A stretch of 64,000 nucleotides of DNA, from positions 1 to 64,000 of IMG/VR virus record IMGVR_UViG_3300032327_001202. One strand, 5' to 3'. Under the pieces are notes generated by a model. The model saw nothing but the letters and a program-made list of their open reading frames with translations. It was not told where the DNA came from and made no database searches. The first letter of the stretch is position 1; each line of letters starts with the position of its first letter. Positions 27,791 through 36,991 of the stretch are shown here, piece by piece. Position numbers and translations under genes: made by a program. This DNA comes from a virus (taxonomy: Duplodnaviria; Caudoviricetes).

Positions 27791-28288
27791 TTATTTAGTC
27801 CTCTTTTTTTTACCTCTTTTATTTATTGGAGGTGTATAATTTGTTGATGTGGATTGGGTAGATGGCGTAGTGTAAGCATAATCAAAATAAAATAAATTAG
27901 GGCTGGAACCTGTTTTATATAATTCATGTTCTTCTTCTTTAAATTCCTCAAATTCTTTGTTTTCTAAAATAGAATCTAATTTTCTATCACGATTAATGGT
28001 AGCAACTTCTCGTTTAATTCTTTCTTTTTCCTCCTCTGAATTACCAAAACCTTTCATAGGGTTAACAGTAACTAAATCTATCCCTATTGTTTGAGCGGCT
28101 ATTTTTTTAGCAATTGGTAATAAACTTGGAAAAGATTCATTTGACTGTGTCCCTACTAATGTAGTATCCATATTTATTTCATTTTTTAAATGAAGATTAG
28201 CATATTCGGTCATCCAGTTATTTACTACAGATTGTGTAGATGATACATGATTCAAATCCCATTTATCTATTTTTATATTTGGTTTCAT
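27791..28288 (-). CDS. Short paralog of the major capsid N-terminal region with an RDRKLDSIL motif
   Basis: NWMTEYANLHLKNE and SLLPIAKKIAAQTIGIDLVTVNP versus capsid SWMAEYAEYHAINE and NLLPVAMKIAAQTIGLDLVAVKP. Confidence 0.75.
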   Translation of the reverse strand: MKPNIKIDKWDLNHVSSTQSVVNNWMTEYANLHLKNEINMDTTLVGTQSNESFPSLLPIAKKIAAQTIGIDLVTVNPMKGFGNSEEEKERIKREVATINRDRKLDSILENKEFEEFKEEEHELYKTGSSPNLFYFDYAYTTPSTQSTSTNYTPPINKRGKKKRTK

Positions 28289-28291
28289 ATT

Positions 28292-29395
28292 TTATATTAT
28301 TTTTTCTTCTAAAATTATTTCTATATTTTGTTCATAAGAAATTTTTAATAATTCTTTTTTATTTTCCAAAACCCAATTATCTTTTAATTGGTCATTTCTT
28401 TTTACAACCTCAAATTGCTCTTCACCACCAAAAAATTCTCTTGGCTCATAATGTTGAATACCATTAAACTCTATAAATAACCCCTTTTTAGGTAAATAAA
28501 AATCAAATCTATATGTAGAATTACCTATTTTTTGTTTATATTCTTTAATGTATTCTATACCTTTTATATCTAACCAATTCTTTATTTGACGTTCTCCTTT
28601 TGATGAAGAACAATTAGGACAACCACATTTATGATGTATAATATAATTAGGTTTAGCACTCCAAATATAATCACATACTTTACATTTATGTTTTAAATAA
28701 AAAAGAGACCCTATATATTTTTCACCATCTACTAATTCTATATCATTTGGAAGAAGAGATAAATATTTTGTATGAGAAAATTTTCTACCAGAACAAGATG
28801 AACACCCTAATACTATATTAGCTATATTTTTAGGCGTAGTGTTAAATTTCTCACCACATTTTAAACATTCAAAATCATGATTTTCTCTAAAATTAGTGTA
28901 ATTTCCTATTAATTTTATATTCCTTTCTATTAATAATTCATTAAATTTATTAATATAGTTATATGATTTTTTGCTTAATAAATTTTTATCCTTTTTACAT
29001 TCACAAATATATTTTGTGATTTGTTTAGGTGTTTTATTTATTATTTCATTACATATTTTACATTCAAAATTTATATACGTATTAGTGTTAATATAATTAT
29101 CTACTCTAATAAAATCTAAATCTTTTATTCTTAAATCAAATTCTTCATTTGTTATTTTTCTACCTAATGAAGAAAAACTATCGTTTGTTTCTTTTTTACA
29201 TTCACATAATGTTCGATTATATAATTTAGGCTTTTTCATACTTTTTTTACCACATAACTTACATTCAAATTCTATTGGTGTTTCTGCATTAATATAATTA
29301 CCGATTCTTATATAATCAGAATCTTTAATTTTTAAATCAAAATCATTATTAGTAAATGCTTTTGGTCCTGACTTTTCGTTCTTTTTTATATACAT
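28292..29395 (-). CDS. Homing-endonuclease-like protein: Zn-ribbon repeats plus C-terminal Vsr-like PD-(D/E)xK domain
   Basis: Repeated F.CxxC units; SKGERQI...RFDFYLP...IEFNGIQHY...LLKISY. Confidence 0.75.
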   Translation of the reverse strand: MYIKKNEKSGPKAFTNNDFDLKIKDSDYIRIGNYINAETPIEFECKLCGKKSMKKPKLYNRTLCECKKETNDSFSSLGRKITNEEFDLRIKDLDFIRVDNYINTNTYINFECKICNEIINKTPKQITKYICECKKDKNLLSKKSYNYINKFNELLIERNIKLIGNYTNFRENHDFECLKCGEKFNTTPKNIANIVLGCSSCSGRKFSHTKYLSLLPNDIELVDGEKYIGSLFYLKHKCKVCDYIWSAKPNYIIHHKCGCPNCSSSKGERQIKNWLDIKGIEYIKEYKQKIGNSTYRFDFYLPKKGLFIEFNGIQHYEPREFFGGEEQFEVVKRNDQLKDNWVLENKKELLKISYEQNIEIILEEKII

Positions 29396-29446
29396 AATTT
29401 ATATATTTTCTTATTATATTTTTATTTCATGAATAGTTCATGAAAT

Positions 29447-29476
29447 AAAAAAACCTCCCTTGAGGGGAGGTTTTTT
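29447..29476 (-). terminator. Intrinsic terminator after the major capsid gene
   Basis: AAAAAAACCTCCC-TTGAG-GGGAGGTTTTTT. Confidence 0.8.
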
Positions 29477-29494
29477 GTATTCTAATTTATTATA

Positions 29495-31237
29495 TTAGTT
29501 AAGGTAGCCATTAGCATCATTAACGTAGATAGTCATAAATTGTTTTTGTGGGAAGAAACCTAATTCAGCCACAGCATATCTTGATCTTAAAATCATTCTT
29601 GGAGCAAATGTTGCTTCTGACATGATTGAGATAGATTGTGCCATGAGGAATGGCACGAAACAGATACCTGGTTGATCAGGATTGTTTTTACGTCCGATTA
29701 AGATTCTGTTGTCATTGTATTTCATGTAAGGATCTACGTAGATAGTGATATCACCGATTTGACCTACAGGGTACATTTGACCGTTTGTGTTTAATTTAGA
29801 TTTAAGTGGGTTAATTGTGTAACCTGCAACATCCATTAAAGCTGCTGCTAATCCACCATTTGTTACCGCATATTGTGCTGGTCCAACACGTCCTTCAGTT
29901 GCGATGTAGTTAGAAGCATGTACCATTTTAGTGATAAGCTTTCTTTGTACAGCGTGTGTAGTTTCACCACCTGGTCCTGCTTGAACATAAAGAGTATCTA
30001 AGTCAAATATAGTTTGTCCAGAGATGTTAGCGTTAGCATTTAAACCTGTGTATAAAGGAGCAGTTTGTCTGTTTATATTACCCATATCAAATACTTTAGC
30101 AATAATTTGCTTAGAGATAGTTTGAGAAAGTTCGTTTACAAGGATTGATTCCATTTTTTGAACGATATCCATACCAGTGTTAGCTTTGATATCTTCAATT
30201 TCTGTTCTACGTAATGCAGAACTTACTTCTACTGTACCAACTGTAATTGATTTAGAAGAAATTTTTGGTCCAATTGCACCTGCATATGTGCTTTCTTCTT
30301 CTTGACGAGCCATTGGGTATTGCCCACCATTACCATTAAAGTTTGTAACATATCCTGGTAATTGATCTTCAAGAGCAGATACTAAGCTTATGCTTATAGC
30401 ATTTGAGTTAGTAGACTGTCCAAATAAGTAGTTAATTTCTGAAACCATTGAACCACCTGCTGTAGCACCTGTAGTTGAAACGTTAAATGAGTTGTTTGCT
30501 TGATTTAAGCCATAAACAACACCACCACCATATGCACCACCTGCCGCATTTGATTCTTTGTAAGCTCTGAATATAGGCTGTCCATCAATACGAGAGAAAC
30601 CTAAGAACTCTAAGTAACCAAATTTGTTAGTTGGTTCAGTTGTAGTACTAGATACTGAAGTTGATGCAGTGAAACCTGTCCAAATTCTTGTACCAAATGC
30701 TAAACCACCTTGGTTTTGTTGAATACCTGCAGTAGTTAAAGCGCTATTAATAGCTGTATTTAATGAAGCACTTAAACCTGTAGAAGTTAAAGTAGCATTC
30801 CAAGCAATTTTGAATACTTGAGGTTTTGTGTTAAAGTTTGAAAGATTTAAATCGTCATATTGAAAATCAACATAAACTAAATCAATCTTTGGACCTGGAG
30901 TTGGCTTTACAGCTACTAAATCAAGACCAATTGTTTGTGCAGCAATTTTCATAGCTACTGGTAATAGGTTTTGTCCTAAATCACCTGAACCTATGTTTGA
31001 TGAACCATAGTTTGCACCAATTGTTGTACCTGGGTAAGTACCAACTTGTGGAGCTAAAACAGCACCTAAACCACCTGTAGAAGCATTAAGGTAAGCGTTT
31101 TCGTTTATTGCATGGTATTCAGCATATTCTGCCATCCATGAATATTTTTCTCTGTCCTCTTTGTTAACACCAATGTTTTCTAAAATTGGAGTCCATTTGT
31201 TAAGAGCTTTTTGTAAGTCAATTCTAACTTGTGACAT
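29495..31237 (-). CDS. Major capsid protein, T4 gp23-like
   Basis: KWTPIL, AAQTIGLDLVAVKP, ELSQTISKQII, YVDPY, PFL, PRMILRSRYA; strong codon bias; 580 aa with an internal insertion. Confidence 0.9.
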   Translation of the reverse strand: MSQVRIDLQKALNKWTPILENIGVNKEDREKYSWMAEYAEYHAINENAYLNASTGGLGAVLAPQVGTYPGTTIGANYGSSNIGSGDLGQNLLPVAMKIAAQTIGLDLVAVKPTPGPKIDLVYVDFQYDDLNLSNFNTKPQVFKIAWNATLTSTGLSASLNTAINSALTTAGIQQNQGGLAFGTRIWTGFTASTSVSSTTTEPTNKFGYLEFLGFSRIDGQPIFRAYKESNAAGGAYGGGVVYGLNQANNSFNVSTTGATAGGSMVSEINYLFGQSTNSNAISISLVSALEDQLPGYVTNFNGNGGQYPMARQEEESTYAGAIGPKISSKSITVGTVEVSSALRRTEIEDIKANTGMDIVQKMESILVNELSQTISKQIIAKVFDMGNINRQTAPLYTGLNANANISGQTIFDLDTLYVQAGPGGETTHAVQRKLITKMVHASNYIATEGRVGPAQYAVTNGGLAAALMDVAGYTINPLKSKLNTNGQMYPVGQIGDITIYVDPYMKYNDNRILIGRKNNPDQPGICFVPFLMAQSISIMSEATFAPRMILRSRYAVAELGFFPQKQFMTIYVNDANGYLN

Positions 31238-31261
31238 ATTTTTTAATTTTTTTTATTAATC

Positions 31262-31272
31262 TATATATTAAA
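31262..31272 (-). promoter_or_regulatory. Putative late promoter motif TTT(A/T)ATATATA
   Basis: TTTAATATATA upstream of the capsid gene. The same motif precedes portal (36979-36989), gp2/gp4 (palindrome 38226-38239), sheath, gp25, prohead protease and others. Confidence 0.55.
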
Positions 31273-31317
31273 TGCTAAAAGTCTCTTTTTGCTATTTTTA
31301 TAGATTTGTTTGTTTTT

Positions 31318-33522
31318 TTAAATGTTTTTGAATCTTTCTAAGATTGATTTGAAATCTGAATCAGATAGTTTATCTTCTTGTATTAAACTGTCATGAGAAA
31401 TCATTTTTTTAGTTGATTCATTCTTTTTTAAGTTTCTAGTTAACCAAAAATGTTCAATTTTAGCTTCTGAATCCAATTCAGGATATAGTTTAGCTTGTGA
31501 AAGAATTGATTTTTTAGAACTTTCATTTGTTACTTCCCAAATTGATTTTATATTTTCTGGCATCAATCTGATTAGTCTTTCTTCTAATGATTCATTTTTA
31601 ATAGAAAGTGCTTCTTGTATTAATTTTATAACTTCTGAACTTGTGAAATAACTCTTTTCGTTTATGTAAAGTTTTACTTGTTCTTGCTCTTCGTTTGTTA
31701 AGCTATAATAGCTATCAACTTGAGACTTGTTTAAAAATTTTAAGAAATGTAGATCGTTTGTTTCAGAAACTTTACGTTTTCTAGCTTCTTCGATTAATAA
31801 ATCTATTTTTTTACTTAAATCTGAATCTGTATTTTTATTTTCTAAGTAGTCTTCGTCTGCTTTAGATACATCTGGTAAACCTTCTAATTTTACTTCTTTA
31901 CCTAATAATTCATCTTTGAAATCTGCTTCATTTGGAACCGCAGTATCAACTTTTTGTTCTTCTGGTAATTCAACTTCTGTTAATTCAGTATAATCTAAAG
32001 AAACTGGAGTTGCTTCATCAGCTTCACCCGCTTTTTCAACACCATCTTCACCATGAAGTTCATCCTCACCACCTTCTAAATAGTTATCTGATTTATTATC
32101 AACATCATTTTCACCAAAACCATATTCTTCTAAAGTAGGAATAAGATTTGATTCATTACTTTCAAATAATTTAGTACCATTAACTTTTTCAGAAATTAAA
32201 CCTGTATAAGATACAGCTTTATCTAAGTTTTCAGCAATGTATTGAGAATAAGAAATGTTATCATCAAGGTGTTCTGCTATATATTCAGAATATTTAATAT
32301 TACCTTCTAAGTTTTCAGCGATATACTCAGAATAAGCAATATTACCATCTAAGTTTTCAGCTAAATATTCAGCATAAGAAATATTTCTATCTAAGTTTTC
32401 AGCTAAGTATTCTGCATAAGAAATATTCTTATCAACATTCTCAGCAATATATTCAGAATAAGAAATGTTTTTGTCTAAATTTTCAGCGATGTATTCAGAG
32501 TAAGAAATGTTTCTATCTAAATTTTCAGCGATGTATTCAGAATAAGAAATGTTCTTATCTAAGTTTTCAGCAATATATTCTGCATAAGCGATATTTTTAT
32601 CTAAGTTTTCAGCAACATATTCAGAATATTTAATTGATTTGTTTAAGTTTTCAACTAAATAATCGTTATGTTCGATTAATCTATCAGTTGTATCTTTAAG
32701 AGATTTGTTCTCAGAAACAACAACTTGAATTTTTTCTGCTAAATAATCTAAGTATTTAACAACTTGAGAATTAGTTTTATTTAATTCTTCATAGTAGTTT
32801 AAAAGTTTTTCTAATTTAACTGGTTCTAAATTACCAGATTTAAGAGCACTTTTAACTTCTTTTTTAGTTGCAGCAATTTCATTAACTATATATTTCGAAT
32901 AGTCTGACAATTGATCTTTCGTTACGAATTCATTTTTGTTCATGTTAAATAATTCATTTATTTTTGATTCATTTGATACTTCATATATTCTGAAGTTAGC
33001 ATCATTTGAATAATTTAAAGACTCATTTATAGAAGACATTCTCGCAGAAGCAAATCCCGGATCTGCAACTATATCATAAGTAAATAATTTTTTTAGTGAT
33101 ACTGTACCATCAGCTTCTGTAATACCAGCAGCTCTTGAAGATACAAATATAGGGCAACCATCATCAACTAAAGCCTTAGCTTCTTTTCCCCAATAGGTAT
33201 TTAATAATTTAATTTGTCCTTCAACTACATTTTTTTCTTTAACATAATATGCGGTTTTGATTAAATGGGATGCACGGGATAGTGAAGTGTCAAAGACGTC
33301 GGGGTGGTCAAACTCACCATAAACTACTCCCATAGTAGAAATCCTGCTATTAAGTTCTTCTAAACAAGGCAAGAATCTTTCAGGAGTATATACTCTTTCA
33401 TTCCTATTTTTAACCATAAACTCAGTAAAAGTACCTCCTAAAAGATAATCTTTTCTAGCATCTACACCTTCGTTCATTTTTAAAGGATTTGTATTATTTT
33501 CAATGATTAATACTGGCTTCAT
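31318..33522 (-). CDS. Prohead protease (T4 gp21-like) fused to a scaffold/core-like coiled-coil region
   Basis: KNRNERVY, YGEFDHP, FVSSRAAG, TYDIVADPGFASA, followed by 14-aa repeats and an acidic region. Confidence 0.88.
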   Translation of the reverse strand: MKPVLIIENNTNPLKMNEGVDARKDYLLGGTFTEFMVKNRNERVYTPERFLPCLEELNSRISTMGVVYGEFDHPDVFDTSLSRASHLIKTAYYVKEKNVVEGQIKLLNTYWGKEAKALVDDGCPIFVSSRAAGITEADGTVSLKKLFTYDIVADPGFASARMSSINESLNYSNDANFRIYEVSNESKINELFNMNKNEFVTKDQLSDYSKYIVNEIAATKKEVKSALKSGNLEPVKLEKLLNYYEELNKTNSQVVKYLDYLAEKIQVVVSENKSLKDTTDRLIEHNDYLVENLNKSIKYSEYVAENLDKNIAYAEYIAENLDKNISYSEYIAENLDRNISYSEYIAENLDKNISYSEYIAENVDKNISYAEYLAENLDRNISYAEYLAENLDGNIAYSEYIAENLEGNIKYSEYIAEHLDDNISYSQYIAENLDKAVSYTGLISEKVNGTKLFESNESNLIPTLEEYGFGENDVDNKSDNYLEGGEDELHGEDGVEKAGEADEATPVSLDYTELTEVELPEEQKVDTAVPNEADFKDELLGKEVKLEGLPDVSKADEDYLENKNTDSDLSKKIDLLIEEARKRKVSETNDLHFLKFLNKSQVDSYYSLTNEEQEQVKLYINEKSYFTSSEVIKLIQEALSIKNESLEERLIRLMPENIKSIWEVTNESSKKSILSQAKLYPELDSEAKIEHFWLTRNLKKNESTKKMISHDSLIQEDKLSDSDFKSILERFKNI
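32194..32655 (-). repeat. About 11 tandem in-frame 42-nt repeats (14-aa unit AENLDKNISYSEYI)
   Basis: Read directly from the protein and the DNA; degenerate at synonymous positions. Confidence 0.9.
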
Positions 33523-33658
33523 TAATTTTTAAGTTATTTTGTAGTATTATATATAAAAAAATAATACCTCCTTTTTTCTAAAAAAATCAATTATTTTTAT
33601 GACCTGGATTTTTTATAGAAAAACTTAAAACTTAAAATTTTTTTAATATATATTATCT

Positions 33659-34063
33659 ATGTATAAAATTAATTTTGGTGATGAGAAAGTTTTTTTAAAT
33701 TATTTAAAAGGTTTTGAAAATAAGTACCATAAAAGACAAAAAGTATTAAATGAGATTTTAGAAATTAATGATAAAGATGATGAAGCATTAAGCTACTGGG
33801 ATTTTACTGATAATAGTATAATATATGGTCAATTTTTTGATAAAAGATATGATAAAGATACATCTTTAAGTAATGTTTCACATTATGTTAAAAACATAGA
33901 AAAAATAAATGGGGAATATTTCGCAGAAATAAAAATATTAACTACTTATTGGGGTATAGCATTATTAGATTTAATTAATGCTGGAATAAAATTTCATTTA
34001 GAATGTGTCTATCATACTTATGAAAATAAAAAAATAATTAGACTAGATATAAATGATTATTAG
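33659..34063 (+). CDS. Truncated, probably inactive prohead-protease paralog
   Basis: IYGQFFDKRYDKDTSLSNVSH...EIKILTTYWG versus VYGEFDHPDVFDTSLSRASH...QIKLLNTYWG. Lacks the HP His and the SSR Ser; contains RQKVLNEIL. Confidence 0.65.
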   Translation: MYKINFGDEKVFLNYLKGFENKYHKRQKVLNEILEINDKDDEALSYWDFTDNSIIYGQFFDKRYDKDTSLSNVSHYVKNIEKINGEYFAEIKILTTYWGIALLDLINAGIKFHLECVYHTYENKKIIRLDINDY

Positions 34064-34391
34064 CAGAGAAATAGAAATAAAAGTAAATAACACAAATATA
34101 GGTTATTTACATAATTTAGGTTATGAGGTTAATAGAGGAGAATTATTATCAATTCCAATTGAATTACTTAGTCCTGGTAGTCATTACAAAATAAGTTGTA
34201 AATGTGATAAGTGTGGAATTATTAAAGATATTTTATTTAAAAATTATATTAAATATGGAAATAAATGGGGAGAATATTTTTGTAGAAAATGTAGTGAAGA
34301 TAAAAGAAAAAAATCTTTACAATTAAGTCATGGAGTAGATTACCCTATTCAAAATAAAGAAATACGAAATAAAATAAAGTTTAAAAACTAA
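34053..34391 (+). CDS. Small Zn-ribbon protein, likely a homing-endonuclease N-terminal fragment
   Basis: KISCKCDKCG...YFCRKC...HGVDYPIQ; no nuclease domain follows. Confidence 0.5.
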   Translation: MIISREIEIKVNNTNIGYLHNLGYEVNRGELLSIPIELLSPGSHYKISCKCDKCGIIKDILFKNYIKYGNKWGEYFCRKCSEDKRKKSLQLSHGVDYPIQNKEIRNKIKFKN

Positions 34392-35169
34392 CTTGTATTC
34401 TTTCAAGTTGATATTTTCTTATATCTATATTTTTATTAGATTTTAAAAAATCAACAATTTTTTCTAATAAAGTAATTGTGATTCTACAATCACTTAAAGC
34501 ATCATGATAATTAGACATATTTATATTTAAAGCAGGACCAATTTTAGATAAACTTGAAGATATAAGTCCATTATCTCTAATAGAAGTACCAATTTTATTT
34601 ATTAATTCTAAATATTCTAAATTCTCTTCTGATAATTTTTGAATACAAGGTATATAATATAATTGTATTAAATCTTTAGTATCTAAAACATCATTATTAA
34701 ATGTTTTTATTCCACTTCTAATATTTAACATCCTCATATCAAATTTTGCATTTTGTATTACAAAAATTGAATTTTTATATTGATTAGACCAATTCAAAAA
34801 ATCATTTAATACTAAATTTTCATCTTCATATTTATTTTTATTTTGTCCATAATGGTTAAATCTTAATACTTGTTTAATCCTAGAGTTTGAATTATTTTTG
34901 ATTATATCTTTAGTTTTATCTGTTAATTTAATTTTTTTATTAAATGAATCATTTTCCTTGAATTTATTCAAATTAAAATCATATGTGCATGAAACAGCAC
35001 TGATTTGTGTAAGTTGTATATCATAAGGATCAGATTGAAATAACCCTGTAGTTTCAGTATCTAAAAATAAAAAATTATTATTTGATATTTTTTCTAACCA
35101 ATTTAGAAAGTCTTCTATACTTTTATAGAATAATTTATTTTCATTTAATTCAAAAAACCTATTTACCAT
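34381..35169 (-). CDS. DEDDh 3'-5' exonuclease (DnaQ-like)
   Basis: FLDTETTG, QNAKFD, YHDALSDC. Confidence 0.85.
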   Translation of the reverse strand: MVNRFFELNENKLFYKSIEDFLNWLEKISNNNFLFLDTETTGLFQSDPYDIQLTQISAVSCTYDFNLNKFKENDSFNKKIKLTDKTKDIIKNNSNSRIKQVLRFNHYGQNKNKYEDENLVLNDFLNWSNQYKNSIFVIQNAKFDMRMLNIRSGIKTFNNDVLDTKDLIQLYYIPCIQKLSEENLEYLELINKIGTSIRDNGLISSSLSKIGPALNINMSNYHDALSDCRITITLLEKIVDFLKSNKNIDIRKYQLERIQVSF

Positions 35170-35186
35170 ACATTATATATTAAAAT

Positions 35187-35214
35187 AAAAAAATCCTCTT
35201 AAAGAGGATTTTTT
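35187..35214 (-). terminator. Intrinsic terminator after the portal gene
   Basis: AAAAAATCCTCTT-AA-AGAGGATTTTTT. Confidence 0.75.
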
Positions 35215-35221
35215 AGTTATA

Positions 35222-36955
35222 TTAAAATTCAAACTCACCACCGCCAGCTTCACCACCAGCTTCAGGTGCAGGAGGATTTTCACCACCAGCTTCAGGTTCC
35301 GAAGCAGCTTCACCACCTTCAGGAGGAGTTTCACCACCCGCTTCAGGAACAGGAGCTTCAGGAGAAGGTCCTGCTTCTCCACCACCGCCTCCACCTTCTG
35401 GCATTCCACCTCCAGCAGCAGTTGATGATCCAACCCCTTTTGATTTAATCCAATAAGCCTTATTTTCTTCAATTTCTTCGGGAGTTAATTTCATAATTTT
35501 ATCAACAAGGAAATCAACATGGAAATAAGGTTGTTCACCATTCATAATTCCTAATAAAGTAGTCATTATGGTAGCTCTAGATTCCATATTTGCTAATTTT
35601 TTCCATTCTTCAAAAATCTGATTTGTATTGAAAATAACATCAACTTGGTTAAGAAATACTTCATCATGTCTTAATTCAGGAAATTCCATACACATTTGAA
35701 GTTTAATTGGTTTAACAATTAGTTCTTTAATAATTGAACGTAAACGGCTAATAAAATTACCAAAGGTTATTTCATCTCTTGTCATTTCATTTGCAGCAGT
35801 CACTAACTGACCCCCACCATTTTCTTTTTCAAATCTTTGGAAAGGTATCTTACTTGCTCTTTTCAAACAATTCATAAACCAATTTAACATATTATCTTCA
35901 TTAAGATTATGTCCTTGTGGAGAAATCAATTCCATATTTGGTGTACCTTGATCACCTTCTGGAAACCATATTTGTTTATTATATGGTAAGTGTTTACTAC
36001 CACTAATAGTTAATGTACCTAATGAATCATCAAATTCTACATCTTCAGAATAATCAGCTATTAATTGTGCAATTTGTTCCTCAGCTCTTTGTTTTGGTAA
36101 ACCTTTAATAGGTATTGTAAACTTTTGATAAACCATCGCATTAACTACGTTAAACATAATTCTTGTTTGTTCCATAATCTTTAATTGATTATATGGTTTA
36201 ATAAGTCCTTCTACATAAGAAGTTTCGGAATAATCATGTTGAGTAGAATATGATATAAATACTATTTGCGAATCTAAGAAAATTCTTCTTAAAGCAGGAT
36301 CTTCTGGATATTGTATCCAAATATTTCCTATACTTGGTTCATAAGCTGGAACAAGAGTTTCAGGTCTCATTCTATTAAAACTAATAATATTCTTTTTTGT
36401 ATCATCCCATATAATTTCAACTGCGGCATAACCATCAATTAAAAAATCTTTAGTCATATTCCAAGCAGTAATACCATCAGAAAAACCAAAACGACTGTAT
36501 ATTTTTTCAAAAAATTCTTGATATTTATCTCGTATATCTTGTGAATAACTATTATTTAAAGGACTTGGAGAACAGAAATCTTTATCTTCATCATACACAA
36601 TAATTTCATCGGCTAACACAGATACAAATTCACGTATTTCATCCTTAATAGAATATTCTCTTAATATTCTTCTTTTATCTGAATACGCTTTATCTAAATA
36701 AGGAATTGATTTTTTGTTTAAAACTTGAGCGACTGCTCTTTGAGAAAAGAAAGCATACATAGAATCCGCTCTTTGAGCAAGAGGGTCTTCATTCATACCG
36801 ACACCGATAGAATTTCTAAGTATCATATCTTCATATTTTAGACCTAACCCTGAAAGGGATCTAAGAAGACGATTAAATATACCTTTATTTTCAACAGCAG
36901 AAGGTATAATATTTGGGTTTGTATTGCTATTTATTGGATTATATGATCCTGGCAT
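35222..36955 (-). CDS. Portal protein, T4 gp20-like
   Basis: FLIDG, LKIMEQTRIMFNVVNA, QIWFPEGDQG, LKRASKIPFQR, TRDEITFGNFISRLR; G/E/P/A-rich tail. Confidence 0.88.
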   Translation of the reverse strand: MPGSYNPINSNTNPNIIPSAVENKGIFNRLLRSLSGLGLKYEDMILRNSIGVGMNEDPLAQRADSMYAFFSQRAVAQVLNKKSIPYLDKAYSDKRRILREYSIKDEIREFVSVLADEIIVYDEDKDFCSPSPLNNSYSQDIRDKYQEFFEKIYSRFGFSDGITAWNMTKDFLIDGYAAVEIIWDDTKKNIISFNRMRPETLVPAYEPSIGNIWIQYPEDPALRRIFLDSQIVFISYSTQHDYSETSYVEGLIKPYNQLKIMEQTRIMFNVVNAMVYQKFTIPIKGLPKQRAEEQIAQLIADYSEDVEFDDSLGTLTISGSKHLPYNKQIWFPEGDQGTPNMELISPQGHNLNEDNMLNWFMNCLKRASKIPFQRFEKENGGGQLVTAANEMTRDEITFGNFISRLRSIIKELIVKPIKLQMCMEFPELRHDEVFLNQVDVIFNTNQIFEEWKKLANMESRATIMTTLLGIMNGEQPYFHVDFLVDKIMKLTPEEIEENKAYWIKSKGVGSSTAAGGGMPEGGGGGGEAGPSPEAPVPEAGGETPPEGGEAASEPEAGGENPPAPEAGGEAGGGEFEF

Positions 36956-36991
36956 AAATATATATTTTTTTTATTGAATATATATTAAATA

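Noticed and set aside
32194-32655. 42-nt tandem repeats as a CRISPR array
   Set aside because: There are no spacers; the repeats are contiguous, in frame, and vary mainly at synonymous sites within a coding gene.
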